Assembly: GCA_963701295.1 (NCBI GenBank) | Contig: OY969585.1 | Span: 1,120,001 to 1,184,000, forward strand | Reading direction: 5' to 3' | Length of the DNA stretch: 64,000 nucleotides | From: Ignavibacteriota bacterium | Lineage (GTDB): Bacteria; Bacteroidota; Ignavibacteria; UBA10030 | Shown here: positions 1-9,539 of the stretch, piece by piece | How the letters are laid out: the number at the start of each line of letters is the position of its first letter | How positions within the stretch are numbered: position 1 is the first letter of the stretch | Translations under genes and position numbers: made by a program | Notes under the pieces: model-generated | The model's input: only the letters and a program-made list of their open reading frames with translations | Told to the model about the DNA's origin: nothing | Databases searched by the model: none

Positions 1-4
1 ACTC

Positions 5-1009
5 CTATTGGATCTGAAAGTCAATAGACAACTGTGTTTTTTCCCAGAAGAGTTTCATCACACCGGATTTATCACTCGTCCGTTCCAATGTCATGGTGAA
101 CTTTTCTGCCACATGCGCAAGCGTCGTCTTCTTCAGCGGAATTCGTGCTATATCAAGCTTTTCATCATACACCGTTCCCCATTGTCCGGTTTGTTTATTG
201 ATAATAAGCTTCCATTGTTTGGATGATGGGAGAGAGTAGAGAGTATAAGATCCGTGTGGTAATTTTACGTTCCCTAAAATCAGATCTGCTTGCGTCGTAA
301 ATCTTGTTGCGGCATTAGCCCCAGTTCGCCAAACTTTGCCATACGGGACAACACTTCCCATGATTTTTCTGCCGCGCATTGATGGGCTGCCATAATCCAC
401 CGATAGGTGTTTCCCGTTTAGTATGAGTTCCGTCGAGTCGCGCGGACTTGGTACTAATGGATTTTTACTGACATGAAAGGGAACCGAAAGAGATCTATTT
501 GCCCACTCGATTCTCAGTATACCGCTATCATTGCCGTTCTTATCTAACTTGAATGTGAGGTCTTCTACCGGGGATTTCAGCTTCTTGATATTCAAATCGA
601 CGCGTGCAAGATCAAGTTGCGGATCATAGTCTATCCCCCATTGTCCTGTCTGTTTGTTGATGATGAGCTTCCAGCGTTCTTCAGCAGGAAGCGTGTAGAG
701 CGAATACGCGCCGCGCGGAACAAGCGCACCGTCTACTTCAAGGTCGAGGTCGGTTATCAAGGTAGTAGCCGCACCGGCACCGGTACGCCAGACTTTGTAA
801 TAGGGTACAAAGGCGCCGAATATTTTCCGTCCGAGAACTGACGGTTTACCATAACTAATCGCGATCTTCCTTCCATTGAATGTCGTCTTAACCGAATCAC
901 GCGGGCTGACAATTGGTTTCTGTGCGTAGGTTTCGACAAAAAAACCAGCGGTGATCAAGAAGAGCCAAAGTACGTTCCTTAATTTCATAAGTCCTTCATT
1001 CTCAAACAT
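5..1009 (-). CDS. Secreted protein with two tandem DUF2911 domains
   Basis: Signal peptide, then two copies of SPRDS...YG.PS..GRKI.G..VPY.KVWRTGA.AAT...W.LIINKQTGQWG. Confidence 0.85.
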   Translation of the reverse strand: MFENEGLMKLRNVLWLFLITAGFFVETYAQKPIVSPRDSVKTTFNGRKIAISYGKPSVLGRKIFGAFVPYYKVWRTGAGAATTLITDLDLEVDGALVPRGAYSLYTLPAEERWKLIINKQTGQWGIDYDPQLDLARVDLNIKKLKSPVEDLTFKLDKNGNDSGILRIEWANRSLSVPFHVSKNPLVPSPRDSTELILNGKHLSVDYGSPSMRGRKIMGSVVPYGKVWRTGANAATRFTTQADLILGNVKLPHGSYTLYSLPSSKQWKLIINKQTGQWGTVYDEKLDIARIPLKKTTLAHVAEKFTMTLERTSDKSGVMKLFWEKTQLSIDFQIQ

Positions 1010-1557
1010 TATTTTATGTCAGATAATTCTTTCTCTACGGATAGATATGTTTCGTATGTTATTCGGTCAAAACATACAATAAGTACACGTTCAAGTTCTA
1101 TATTGGTTTCAAGTTCGCGGAAAATTTCCTTCAGTGCAATGCGAGAAGCCCGTTTCACCGGAAATCGATACACACCTGTACTGATAGATGGAAACGCGAT
1201 AGTTCTGATACCATGTTTACGTGCAAGCGCAAAACAGTTCCGGTAGCAATTTGCCAGAAGGGTCTCTTCATCGCGTGTTCCCTCTTGCCAAATGGGACCG
1301 ACAGTGTGTATAACATAATTTGCTGGAAGATTATAGCCTCTTGTCATTTTCGCATTGCCGGTTTCGCAACCTTTTAGAGTTCGGCATTCTTCTAACAGCA
1401 TCGGCCCGGCCGCTTGATGAATCGCGCCATCAACGCCTCCTCCGCCTAAAAGCGAGTTATTGGCAGCATTGACAATAGCATCGACTATTTGTGTGGTGAT
1501 ATCACCTTGAACAATAGAGACATGGGAGTGTGTGTTTTTTCCTATCTTCATACACAT
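1009..1557 (-). CDS. Macro-domain O-acetyl-ADP-ribose deacetylase (E. coli YmdB-like)
   Basis: GDIT, DAIVNAANNSLLGGGGVDGAIH, IAFPSISTGVY motifs. Confidence 0.92.
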   Translation of the reverse strand: MCMKIGKNTHSHVSIVQGDITTQIVDAIVNAANNSLLGGGGVDGAIHQAAGPMLLEECRTLKGCETGNAKMTRGYNLPANYVIHTVGPIWQEGTRDEETLLANCYRNCFALARKHGIRTIAFPSISTGVYRFPVKRASRIALKEIFRELETNIELERVLIVCFDRITYETYLSVEKELSDIK

Positions 1558-1603
1558 TTCCCTTTCATAGTTCCGACCTACTGTATGAAACCTTTCATCT
1601 GTC

Positions 1604-2485
1604 CTACACTTTTGGTTCCAACGCTCTTGCTACCATTATTCCTGTATCCTTTTTAATCTTCATGAGATATTCCCAAAGTGGTATTTCGGTGATTTGCACT
1701 TTTGAACCAGGAATTGGTGCATGAATCATATGCAATTTTTTGTTCTTCCAGATGGCAATACCAGTATGTGTGCAGTCTAATCCTTCGATGGTTGTCGTGA
1801 TGCCCAGGATGTCACCATCGTTGATCTGAGAAGCGGCATTCTTTACTTTTAATTTAGGAATGTGATACATCGTACGTTTGTTCATCTCTGCTTCCTGTGC
1901 TGCAATCATTTTTACAAATTCCGGATTCTCTCTCAGCTGCAAGTAAGAATCAGTGTGCGTGGACATAAAGTTGATCTTCTTTTTGTATGGCACACCACTG
2001 ATTTCTTTTGTAACATTTTTTAGCACAGACTTTTTTTCGTTATCAAAGAAATAATCCGATGTATAATGTAATCGGCTTGGATACTTGTCGATGATGCCGC
2101 CACGATAGCGAATAAATTGCAATTCCTTCTTGTAGTCTTCAAATGTCATCGTGTTTTTCTTGATGCATCGCGCGAGGACGAGCGAGTTCTCATAGAAGGT
2201 CACACAGTCGAGTGTTTGAAGATTAACAATGAGATGCTCTTCACCCGGCGCTTCGATAGCATTGAGGGCATAATCAACTCCGAGAAACGATTTTGCTATT
2301 TCTATGACTACTTCGTTGATTGGTTTTTCGGTGAGCTTGAGAGAGATGGCAAAACCAAATTTCTTCTTACAGATCAATTCATTTGGATTGGAAAGAGGAT
2401 CGATTGCTGCGCCCTTTTCTTGCAGGAAAAGAGAAGGCAATAAGGCAGCAACGGGAATCGATTGCAGAAATGTTCGACGGTCCAT
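1604..2485 (-). CDS. DUF1460 family amidase-like protein (NlpC/P60 fold), probable Tat signal
   Basis: MDRRTFL twin-Arg; LDCVTFYE, IRYRGG, RLHYTSD, GLDCTHTGIA motifs. Confidence 0.85.
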   Translation of the reverse strand: MDRRTFLQSIPVAALLPSLFLQEKGAAIDPLSNPNELICKKKFGFAISLKLTEKPINEVVIEIAKSFLGVDYALNAIEAPGEEHLIVNLQTLDCVTFYENSLVLARCIKKNTMTFEDYKKELQFIRYRGGIIDKYPSRLHYTSDYFFDNEKKSVLKNVTKEISGVPYKKKINFMSTHTDSYLQLRENPEFVKMIAAQEAEMNKRTMYHIPKLKVKNAASQINDGDILGITTTIEGLDCTHTGIAIWKNKKLHMIHAPIPGSKVQITEIPLWEYLMKIKKDTGIMVARALEPKV

Positions 2486-2521
2486 GATTGCTTTCTTTAC
2501 TTATTCTATCTAAGCTCCAAT

Positions 2522-3955
2522 CTAAAACGGTGTAACCTCTTCTCCAGATTCAGCTGGTAAAAATGTCTCAGGTCTGAATGCAGTTCGGCTTTCGAACCGT
2601 GCATATTGTTTAATGAACTGTAGTTTCACTGTGTCTGTAGGACCGTTACGCTGCTTGCCAATGATAATTTCTGCTAACCCTTCTGTCGCTTCGCCGTCTT
2701 GTTCTTGAATACCGAACATTTCGGGACGATGAACGAACATCACAACGTCAGCATCTTGTTCGATTGCACCGGATTCGCGTAAGTCCGAAAGTGCGGGCCT
2801 CTTGTCATTTCGTGATTCAACTGAACGGTTCAATTGCGATAATGCAATGACAGGGATATTCAATTCTTTAGCGAGCGCTTTCAGTGAACGTGAAATAGCG
2901 GAAATTTCTTGTTCGCGGCTTTGTGCGTTTCTTGGTCCCTGCATAAGTTGAAGATAATCGACAATGATAAGTCCGATATTATGTTCTACCTTTAAACGGC
3001 GGGCTTTCGCCCGCAATTCCAGCACAGCAAGCCCCGGTGTATCGTCGATAAACATTTTCGCTTTATAGAGACGTCCAACACTGGTACTGAGTTTCTTCCA
3101 TTCATCTTCCGGCAAACGCCCTGTGCGGACTTTGTGCGCATCCACGCGAGCTTCGGCGCACATTAATCGCATGACCAATTGCTGTGTGGACATTTCGAGG
3201 CTAAACATACCGATAGGAAAATCGTGTAGCACCGATGCATTGCGCGCAATCGAGAGTGCAAATGCCGTTTTCCCTTGCGACGGCCGTCCGGCAATAATAA
3301 TGAGGTCGGATGATTGGAATCCGCCTGTGAGCGAATCAAGATCGGCAAAGCCGGAAGGCACGCCAGTAACGCCGCTGTGTTTGCCGTGGATGCTCTGAAG
3401 CAAGTCCATCGTTTTGTGCACTGCAGTGTTCATCGAGACGAAGCTCTTCTTCATCCGCTGTTCGGAGATATCGAAGATTTTTTGTTCTGCCTCATCGAGC
3501 AAGCCAAGTGCGTCTTCGGTTTCGCTGTATGCGCGGTTGATGACTTCTGATGATGAATGAATAAGCTGACGCATAAGCGCCCGCTCCAGTACCATATGTG
3601 CATGGTATTCAACGTTCGCGGCGCTGGAAACTTTTGTCGTGAGTTCAGTAAGATAGTATTCACCGCCGATTTTTTCTAAATCGCCGCGGCGGCGAAGTTC
3701 TTCTGTCAATGTAATAAGATCGACCGGTTCGCTTCGTTCGAACAACGACATCATTGCACGGTAGATGCTTTGATGCGCTGGTTTGTAGAAAGCAGTGTCA
3801 TCTAGAACTTCAATCGCTTTAGCGATAGCATCTTTTTCCAAGAGCATCGCCCCGATAACGGCGGCTTCTATATCCATCGCTTGCGGAGGCACACGCCCTT
3901 CGGTCGAAACTGATTGCGGTGAGTTGAAGTCGATTATTTTTCGTGGGTCTGCCAT
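2522..3955 (-). CDS. dnaB: Replicative DNA helicase
   Basis: PPQA..IEAAVIG, GRPSQGKT, IVDYLQLM, LSQLNR, DLRESGAIEQDAD; start set at MADPRK, preceded by AAAGGAG. Confidence 0.97.
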   Translation of the reverse strand: MADPRKIIDFNSPQSVSTEGRVPPQAMDIEAAVIGAMLLEKDAIAKAIEVLDDTAFYKPAHQSIYRAMMSLFERSEPVDLITLTEELRRRGDLEKIGGEYYLTELTTKVSSAANVEYHAHMVLERALMRQLIHSSSEVINRAYSETEDALGLLDEAEQKIFDISEQRMKKSFVSMNTAVHKTMDLLQSIHGKHSGVTGVPSGFADLDSLTGGFQSSDLIIIAGRPSQGKTAFALSIARNASVLHDFPIGMFSLEMSTQQLVMRLMCAEARVDAHKVRTGRLPEDEWKKLSTSVGRLYKAKMFIDDTPGLAVLELRAKARRLKVEHNIGLIIVDYLQLMQGPRNAQSREQEISAISRSLKALAKELNIPVIALSQLNRSVESRNDKRPALSDLRESGAIEQDADVVMFVHRPEMFGIQEQDGEATEGLAEIIIGKQRNGPTDTVKLQFIKQYARFESRTAFRPETFLPAESGEEVTPF

Positions 3956-3995
3956 GCAACATTCTCCTTTCCACGGATTAAAATCCGTGGTTATA

Positions 3996-5156
3996 TCATC
4001 CAATCATCGGCGCGATGAGCAAGCCAATGAGATACGTTGTGATCGCTTCTCCTAATCCGATAAGAGTCATCTCGGTGCCGCTTTTAAGCCACGAGCGGCC
4101 GGTGACGAGTACTTTCGATGCTCCGACAGCGAAATGCGCTGCAGTGCTAATGATAAACGAAATAACGAGCGCTTCCATTCCCGACCAGAAGATAAATGGA
4201 AGCACAGGAATAATTGCACCAATTGCCGTGCTGATTGTTGCGCTGACTGCCGATCTCCACTGGTTAGGAAACGATTTTTCAGAAAGCCCAAGTTCTTCGT
4301 GCGCCAACGTTTTAAGAAATTGTCCCGGTTGTTCTGCAAGTTTTACTGTCATTTTTTTTGCTTCTTCAGGCGAGAACCCCTTAAGTTGATAGAAGAGCTC
4401 CATTTCTTCTTGTTCTTCTTCTGGATGTTCCTCAATCTCACGTCTTTCCTTTTCCATTTCAGCTTCGTACACTTCCCGTTCGGACTTTGTTGCGAGGTAC
4501 GCGCCGCTTCCCATTGACAATGCTGATGCAACTGCTACTGCGAGTCCGCTCAATAAAATATAATTGCCGTTTGCTGCAGTTGCACCTGCCACACCGCTGA
4601 CGACGCCGAACGCTGCGCCGAGTCCATCATTGACACCATAAATTGCCTGTCCGATCCAACCGCCTCCGGTGACATGCCAGCGTTCTCTGCCTAACATTCG
4701 ATCGAGTCTGCTCTGCGGATGCTGTGCAACGCGCGGATGGCTCATTTCTTCCAGCATTTTGCCGTGGGCATTTTCTTCACGTTGAGCTTCCAGGAGTGCT
4801 TGTTTATCCGTTTCTGATTCTGCCGTAATAATCATTTTCTCGTATAATGCATCTGCCTGGCTTTCACCCGCTTCCAAAATTTGTGCGGCTTCTTCGCTTG
4901 AGCTTTTCAGTAATACTGTCCGATGCAATTTCTCTATCGGTGTATCGTGAAATGTGCCAACCTCGACACCCAACTCGCGTAAACGCACTTTCCATCGATC
5001 AGCATGCCGGTCTTCTGCCTCAGCCATGCGAATAAGGATTCCTTTTTTTTCCGGATGCTGCTCATGTTCCGCTAATGCGCGATAGTTGCGTGCACTCAGC
5101 ATTTCATCACGCCAAGCTTTTTTTAAATTCTTGTTGAATTCTTTCTTTCGATCCAT
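3996..5156 (-). CDS. Rubrerythrin/ferritin-like + VIT1/CCC1 iron-export membrane protein
   Basis: N-terminal E..H di-iron motifs (AEAEDRH, REENAH); C-terminal YGVNDGL, SMGSGAYLATKSE; start uncertain (5156 or 5177). Confidence 0.85.
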   Translation of the reverse strand: MDRKKEFNKNLKKAWRDEMLSARNYRALAEHEQHPEKKGILIRMAEAEDRHADRWKVRLRELGVEVGTFHDTPIEKLHRTVLLKSSSEEAAQILEAGESQADALYEKMIITAESETDKQALLEAQREENAHGKMLEEMSHPRVAQHPQSRLDRMLGRERWHVTGGGWIGQAIYGVNDGLGAAFGVVSGVAGATAANGNYILLSGLAVAVASALSMGSGAYLATKSEREVYEAEMEKERREIEEHPEEEQEEMELFYQLKGFSPEEAKKMTVKLAEQPGQFLKTLAHEELGLSEKSFPNQWRSAVSATISTAIGAIIPVLPFIFWSGMEALVISFIISTAAHFAVGASKVLVTGRSWLKSGTEMTLIGLGEAITTYLIGLLIAPMIG

Positions 5157-5188
5157 ATTCAGAATCTCAATATTCAATAATCAAATCA

Positions 5189-5254
5189 CAAACAAATTTC
5201 AAAAAGGAATTTTCAAATTCTTACCGTTGGACATTTACTATTGGAATTTGTTTG
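5189..5254. repeat. Degenerate intergenic inverted repeat (CAAACAAATTTCAA ... TTGGAATTTGTTTG)
   Basis: 14-bp near-perfect inverted arms within AT-rich short-period repeats between udg and the VIT1 gene. Confidence 0.45.
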
Positions 5255-5264
5255 AAGCTCGTGT

Positions 5265-6113
5265 TTAGTGACTTGTGTCATATTTTCCGGCTTTTATTTC
5301 TTCATACAGCTTTCGAAACTTCTGAACATCTTCCCAGCAAGGCCTTTTCCAATTTGGATTGCGCAGCAACGCAGCAGGATGGTACGTAACCATTAGCGGA
5401 ATGCCGCGATAATCATGCACTTTGCCGCGTAAAAGCGTCAATGAGGCATTGGTCTTTAAGAGCGATTGCCCGGCGATACGTCCTACACACAGAATCATTT
5501 TCGGTCTGATCAATTCAAGCTGTTTCCATAAATATGGTTCACAGAGTTCGATCTCTTCCGGCTGCGGATCGCGGTTATTCGGCGGCCTGCATTTAAGAAT
5601 ATTACAAATAAAAACTTCTTCACGTTGAAATTGGATTGATTCGAGAATTTTATTCAATAATTGCCCTCCGCGCCCGACAAACGGTTCGCCTTGTGCATCT
5701 TCATCGGCTCCCGGTGCTTCACCAACAACAACTACTTCCGCCTTGGGGTTGCCGACACCGAAAACAAATTTCGTCCGCGTTTTTCCGAGTTCGCATTTCA
5801 AACAAGTGTTGATTGCCTGATTGAGCGTTGGAATACTTTCGGCAGATGTCCAAGGTTCTGCCGGATAAGCATGAAGAGCCGTGGTTGTTTGAGAAGCGTC
5901 AGGATTTCCAAAAAGGTCTGTTTCAGATTTTCGAGGCATAGATGTCCCGCTCGTGGAAGATATAGTTCGCTCTTCTTGATATATCGGCTGATCCATAGCT
6001 GGTTGAACAGGAGTTTTTTGAATCAGCAGCGAGTCGCCGTAGAGTTCTGCTTGTTGTTTGAGGAACCGTTGAGTATCCGACAGCAAAGTATTGAAATCGT
6101 CGTCAAGAGACAT
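5265..6113 (-). CDS. Uracil-DNA glycosylase family 4 (Fe-S)
   Basis: [40 protein letters not shown]. Confidence 0.93.
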   Translation of the reverse strand: MSLDDDFNTLLSDTQRFLKQQAELYGDSLLIQKTPVQPAMDQPIYQEERTISSTSGTSMPRKSETDLFGNPDASQTTTALHAYPAEPWTSAESIPTLNQAINTCLKCELGKTRTKFVFGVGNPKAEVVVVGEAPGADEDAQGEPFVGRGGQLLNKILESIQFQREEVFICNILKCRPPNNRDPQPEEIELCEPYLWKQLELIRPKMILCVGRIAGQSLLKTNASLTLLRGKVHDYRGIPLMVTYHPAALLRNPNWKRPCWEDVQKFRKLYEEIKAGKYDTSH

Positions 6114-6220
6114 AGGTCAGATATTATAATTTACTATTTCGATCACAACGAAAAAAATCTCCCCTTCTCAACAGGAGAGAAAGACGTGATCTATGAATCG
6201 GGATTAATGCGCCTATAAAA

Positions 6221-7429
6221 CTATAAGAGAGTTTTTATTTTATTCAAAATCTTGTTTGCAACATCGAACTTTGGCAATATGGGAAGTTGTTCCACTTTAC
6301 CGCGTTTGTCGATCATCGCGACCGTATTAAGATTAGAACCGAATACGCGGTTCTGTTTGCCATAGGAATTGAGCACAATAAGGTCGAGATTTTTTTTTTG
6401 AAGTTTTTCCTTTGCACCTGCAAGTTCGTCCTTTGTTTCCAGCGCAAAACCTACCAATATCATCGATCGCTTTTTCTTACCGAGCATAGTGAGAATGTCG
6501 GTTGTTTCTTCGAGTTGCAATTCCAGTCCCTTACTGCTGAAATGTTTCTTCATCTTATGCTTCGCTGGATTTGCAGGCCTGTAATCGGCAACAGCCGCCG
6601 CCATTATAACAGCATCTGTTTTTTTTGTATGGGAAAGAACGGTGGTCAGCATTTCCTTTGCCGATTCAACATCAATGCGTGTTACATTGCGTGGTGTTTC
6701 AAGATGCGTTGGTCCTGCAACAAGGGTTACCTCAGCGCCGCGCTGTGCAGCAGCGTTTGCGATTGCAAATCCCATTTTCCCAGACGACCGATTTCCTATA
6801 AACCGCACAGGATCGATTGCTTCATATGTTGGCCCTGCCGTCACAAGAATTCGCTTCTTCTTAAAATCCTGATGTGATTGATCAAGGATTTTTCCAATTG
6901 TTTCAACAATAATTTTAATTTCTGGCAAGCGTCCTGGTCCGCTTAATCCGCTGGCAAGTTCTCCTTCAACCGGAGGGATGACAATATAGCCGCGTTCTTT
7001 CAGCGACGTGAGATTGTTCTGCGTAACGGGGTTCAGATACATTTCTGCATCCATTGTCGGTGCAAGAATAATCGGCCGCGTGGTTGCAAGAGCAACAACA
7101 GCAAGCAGGTTATCGGAAATGCCGTAGGCAAGTTTTGCTATTGTATTGGCCGATGCCGGTGCAATCACTAGTACATCTGCCCAGTTGGCAAGGTCGATGT
7201 GCTGAGTGCTGATGTCGGAATCCGAAGATTGGTTGTTCGTCCAGAGATCAGTGAAAACCGGATTTTTTGAAAGCGCGGAGAACGTAAGCGGCGTAACGAA
7301 ACGTGTTCCCGCTTCCGTCATCATCACTTTTACCTCGGCTCCGGACTTTACAAGGTCACGAACGAGATATCCTGCTTTGTAAGCTGCAATCCCACCTGTG
7401 ACTCCGACTAACACGTGCTTGCCGCGCAT
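6221..7429 (-). CDS. coaBC: Phosphopantothenoylcysteine decarboxylase / ligase
   Basis: GVTGGIAAYKA, APASANTIAK, TAGPT.E.IDPVRFIGNRSSGKMG, AAVADY, VGFALET. Confidence 0.97.
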   Translation of the reverse strand: MRGKHVLVGVTGGIAAYKAGYLVRDLVKSGAEVKVMMTEAGTRFVTPLTFSALSKNPVFTDLWTNNQSSDSDISTQHIDLANWADVLVIAPASANTIAKLAYGISDNLLAVVALATTRPIILAPTMDAEMYLNPVTQNNLTSLKERGYIVIPPVEGELASGLSGPGRLPEIKIIVETIGKILDQSHQDFKKKRILVTAGPTYEAIDPVRFIGNRSSGKMGFAIANAAAQRGAEVTLVAGPTHLETPRNVTRIDVESAKEMLTTVLSHTKKTDAVIMAAAVADYRPANPAKHKMKKHFSSKGLELQLEETTDILTMLGKKKRSMILVGFALETKDELAGAKEKLQKKNLDLIVLNSYGKQNRVFGSNLNTVAMIDKRGKVEQLPILPKFDVANKILNKIKTLL

Positions 7430-7440
7430 CGCAAATTCCG

Positions 7441-7797
7441 TTATTCTTCGGTTGTTGTTTCTTTAGAAGAAGTCTTTGCAAAAAAATCAATATGTTCTTT
7501 GTAGCGATAGGGAATTTTCTTTTCCCGTACCTCATCGATCGCAACTTCTGTTGGCTTCCTGCGTTTCTCAAATTCCAGACTAATTTTGAGTTGATCCGGA
7601 TTAGCAACTGTCACTTCGCTGTCATCTTCCGGTTCCGGTGTCGCATTTAACGCTTTGAGCGTTTCGAGTCGCTGTGATAATTCAATTTTGAGGTCATCAT
7701 GAATTTGCCGCGACCGTTTCGCAGCAACGATGATTGCTTCGTAAATATTGCCGGTTTGTTCTAAGAATTCATGCATTGCAACTGGTTTGACTGCCAC
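7441..7797 (-). CDS. rpoZ: RNA polymerase omega subunit
   Basis: NIYEAIIVAAKRSRQI and KPT..A motifs; gmk-rpoZ-coaBC synteny; GTG start after GGAGG. Confidence 0.88.
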   Translation of the reverse strand: MAVKPVAMHEFLEQTGNIYEAIIVAAKRSRQIHDDLKIELSQRLETLKALNATPEPEDDSEVTVANPDQLKISLEFEKRRKPTEVAIDEVREKKIPYRYKEHIDFFAKTSSKETTTEE

Positions 7798-7838
7798 TGG
7801 TTTTCCTCCATTACGCTATGAGTATATTTATACAGTAT

Positions 7839-8399
7839 TTATATTTTTTTTTGAACGATCTCATCCACCTCAACAACTGCTTTATTGAGATCATCGTTCA
7901 CCACCTGAAAATCAAATTGAGAACCCTGTTCCAGTTCCATTGGTACTCGATCCAATCGTTGTTTGAGAGTTTCGAGATTCTCCGTTTTCCGATTTTCTAA
8001 GCGTTTCTTTAGCACTTCCATACTCGGTGGCTTGATAAAAATTAAAACAGAGTCTTTAGGAAAATGTTGCCGAATCGATAATGCACCGTTCACATCCACA
8101 TCAAATATCATTGAATAACCATGATCGAGTGCTCTGTGAATTTCGCTTTTCATCGTCCCATAATAATTTCCATAAATCTTTTCCCACTCTACCAAATCCC
8201 CAATTCGAATACGATCTTTAAATTCTTGTTTCGTCAGAAAGAAATAATCTCTTCCGTTTACTTCACCGACCCGTATGTGCCGTGTTGTTGCAGAAACAGA
8301 AAAGAGCATCGTCGGATATTTTGCCAGAATCGCTTTCGCGATTGTGGTCTTCCCGCATCCACTGGGTGCCGATATGACAATGAGCTTTCCTTTGGTCAT
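7839..8399 (-). CDS. gmk: Guanylate kinase
   Basis: SAPSGCGKTT, SVSATTR, GEVNGRDYFF, YYGT. Confidence 0.96.
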   Translation of the reverse strand: MTKGKLIVISAPSGCGKTTIAKAILAKYPTMLFSVSATTRHIRVGEVNGRDYFFLTKQEFKDRIRIGDLVEWEKIYGNYYGTMKSEIHRALDHGYSMIFDVDVNGALSIRQHFPKDSVLIFIKPPSMEVLKKRLENRKTENLETLKQRLDRVPMELEQGSQFDFQVVNDDLNKAVVEVDEIVQKKI

Positions 8400-8480
8400 T
8401 GGTGCTATATATTGGTGATTGAGTCGTAGATGAACCTGATGTACTATCTACCAATTAACTATTCACGAATTCACTCATTG

Positions 8481-9362
8481 CTATTCAATATTCTGCAACT
8501 GTTCCCGGATTTTTTCTAGTTCTTCTTTCAACCCAATAATCATATGTGCAATAGCCGCATCATTGGATTTGGAACCGATCGTGTTTGCTTCGCGGTTCAT
8601 TTCTTGCACGAGGAAGTTCAATTTGCGACCAGCTGCTTCATTCTTATTGAGCGCTTCGAGGAAAAACTTGTTATGACTCCTATAGCGGACGCATTCTTCC
8701 GTAATGTCAAGTTTATCGACCATCAATGCTATTTCCAGCTCTAGCCTATTTTGGTCAAGAACGAACTTGTCTTCTACCAACTGCGCGATTCGTTCATACA
8801 AGTTTTTACGTTCTTCTGGGATCCGTTCCTTCGAAAGTTTCTCCACTTCATTCAGAGTCTCCTCCATCGAGTGGATGCGTTTTTCGAGGTCCTTCGCCAA
8901 TTCGCTTCCTTCTTGCGAGCGCATCGCATTGAGATTCTCTAATGCTTGGCGAACTGTTTCCTGCACTTGTTCCCATTCACGTTCGTCGGTTTCTTCTTCT
9001 TCAACTGGTTCGAGTACTTCGGAGAAGGTTAAAAGATGTTCAAGCTTAACCTGCTCGCGAATCTTCACGGACTTACGGATCTCATTGAGAAGCTTAAAGT
9101 ACGACTTTGCTGCTGCTGTATTCACTTTCAAAGGAATAGCACCGTTTGAGTCATAAGCAATCTTGACGGTGATGTTCAAACTGCCCCGATTCAGGAATGT
9201 GCGAACAATATCCTTCAATTCCTTTTCACGCTGGGAAATACTTCGCGGCAGACGCAACGTGACATCGAGATAACGGCTGTTCACACTCCGCACCTCTGCA
9301 CTGATATTGATACCGTTCCTACTGACTTCTGCACGGCCAAAGCCGGTCATGCTTGCTACCAC
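8481..9362 (-). CDS. yicC: YicC/YloC family endoribonuclease
   Basis: SMTGFGR, EVRSVNSRYLD, GRKLNFLVQEMNREANTIGSKS, EKIREQLQNIE. Confidence 0.95.
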   Translation of the reverse strand: MVASMTGFGRAEVSRNGINISAEVRSVNSRYLDVTLRLPRSISQREKELKDIVRTFLNRGSLNITVKIAYDSNGAIPLKVNTAAAKSYFKLLNEIRKSVKIREQVKLEHLLTFSEVLEPVEEEETDEREWEQVQETVRQALENLNAMRSQEGSELAKDLEKRIHSMEETLNEVEKLSKERIPEERKNLYERIAQLVEDKFVLDQNRLELEIALMVDKLDITEECVRYRSHNKFFLEALNKNEAAGRKLNFLVQEMNREANTIGSKSNDAAIAHMIIGLKEELEKIREQLQNIE

Positions 9363-9393
9363 AAAGGCTCCTCGAAATAGAATTTTGCATCAA

Positions 9394-9422
9394 AAGGTAC
9401 GGAAAATTCGATGGGAGGGCAA
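9394..9422 (-). promoter_or_regulatory. Putative sigma70-type promoter for the yicC-gmk-rpoZ-coaBC operon
   Basis: Minus strand TTGCCC-17 nt-TACCTT about 30 nt upstream of the yicC start. Confidence 0.45.
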
Positions 9423-9539
9423 GGTTTACTTTTGCACATCATCTGCACGTTGATATTCACGAGTTATCCACATCGGGATTGCAATTCCTTGCAATTTTAC
9501 TGATTTTGGATGTGAATTGTGGATAACTGACAACCATTA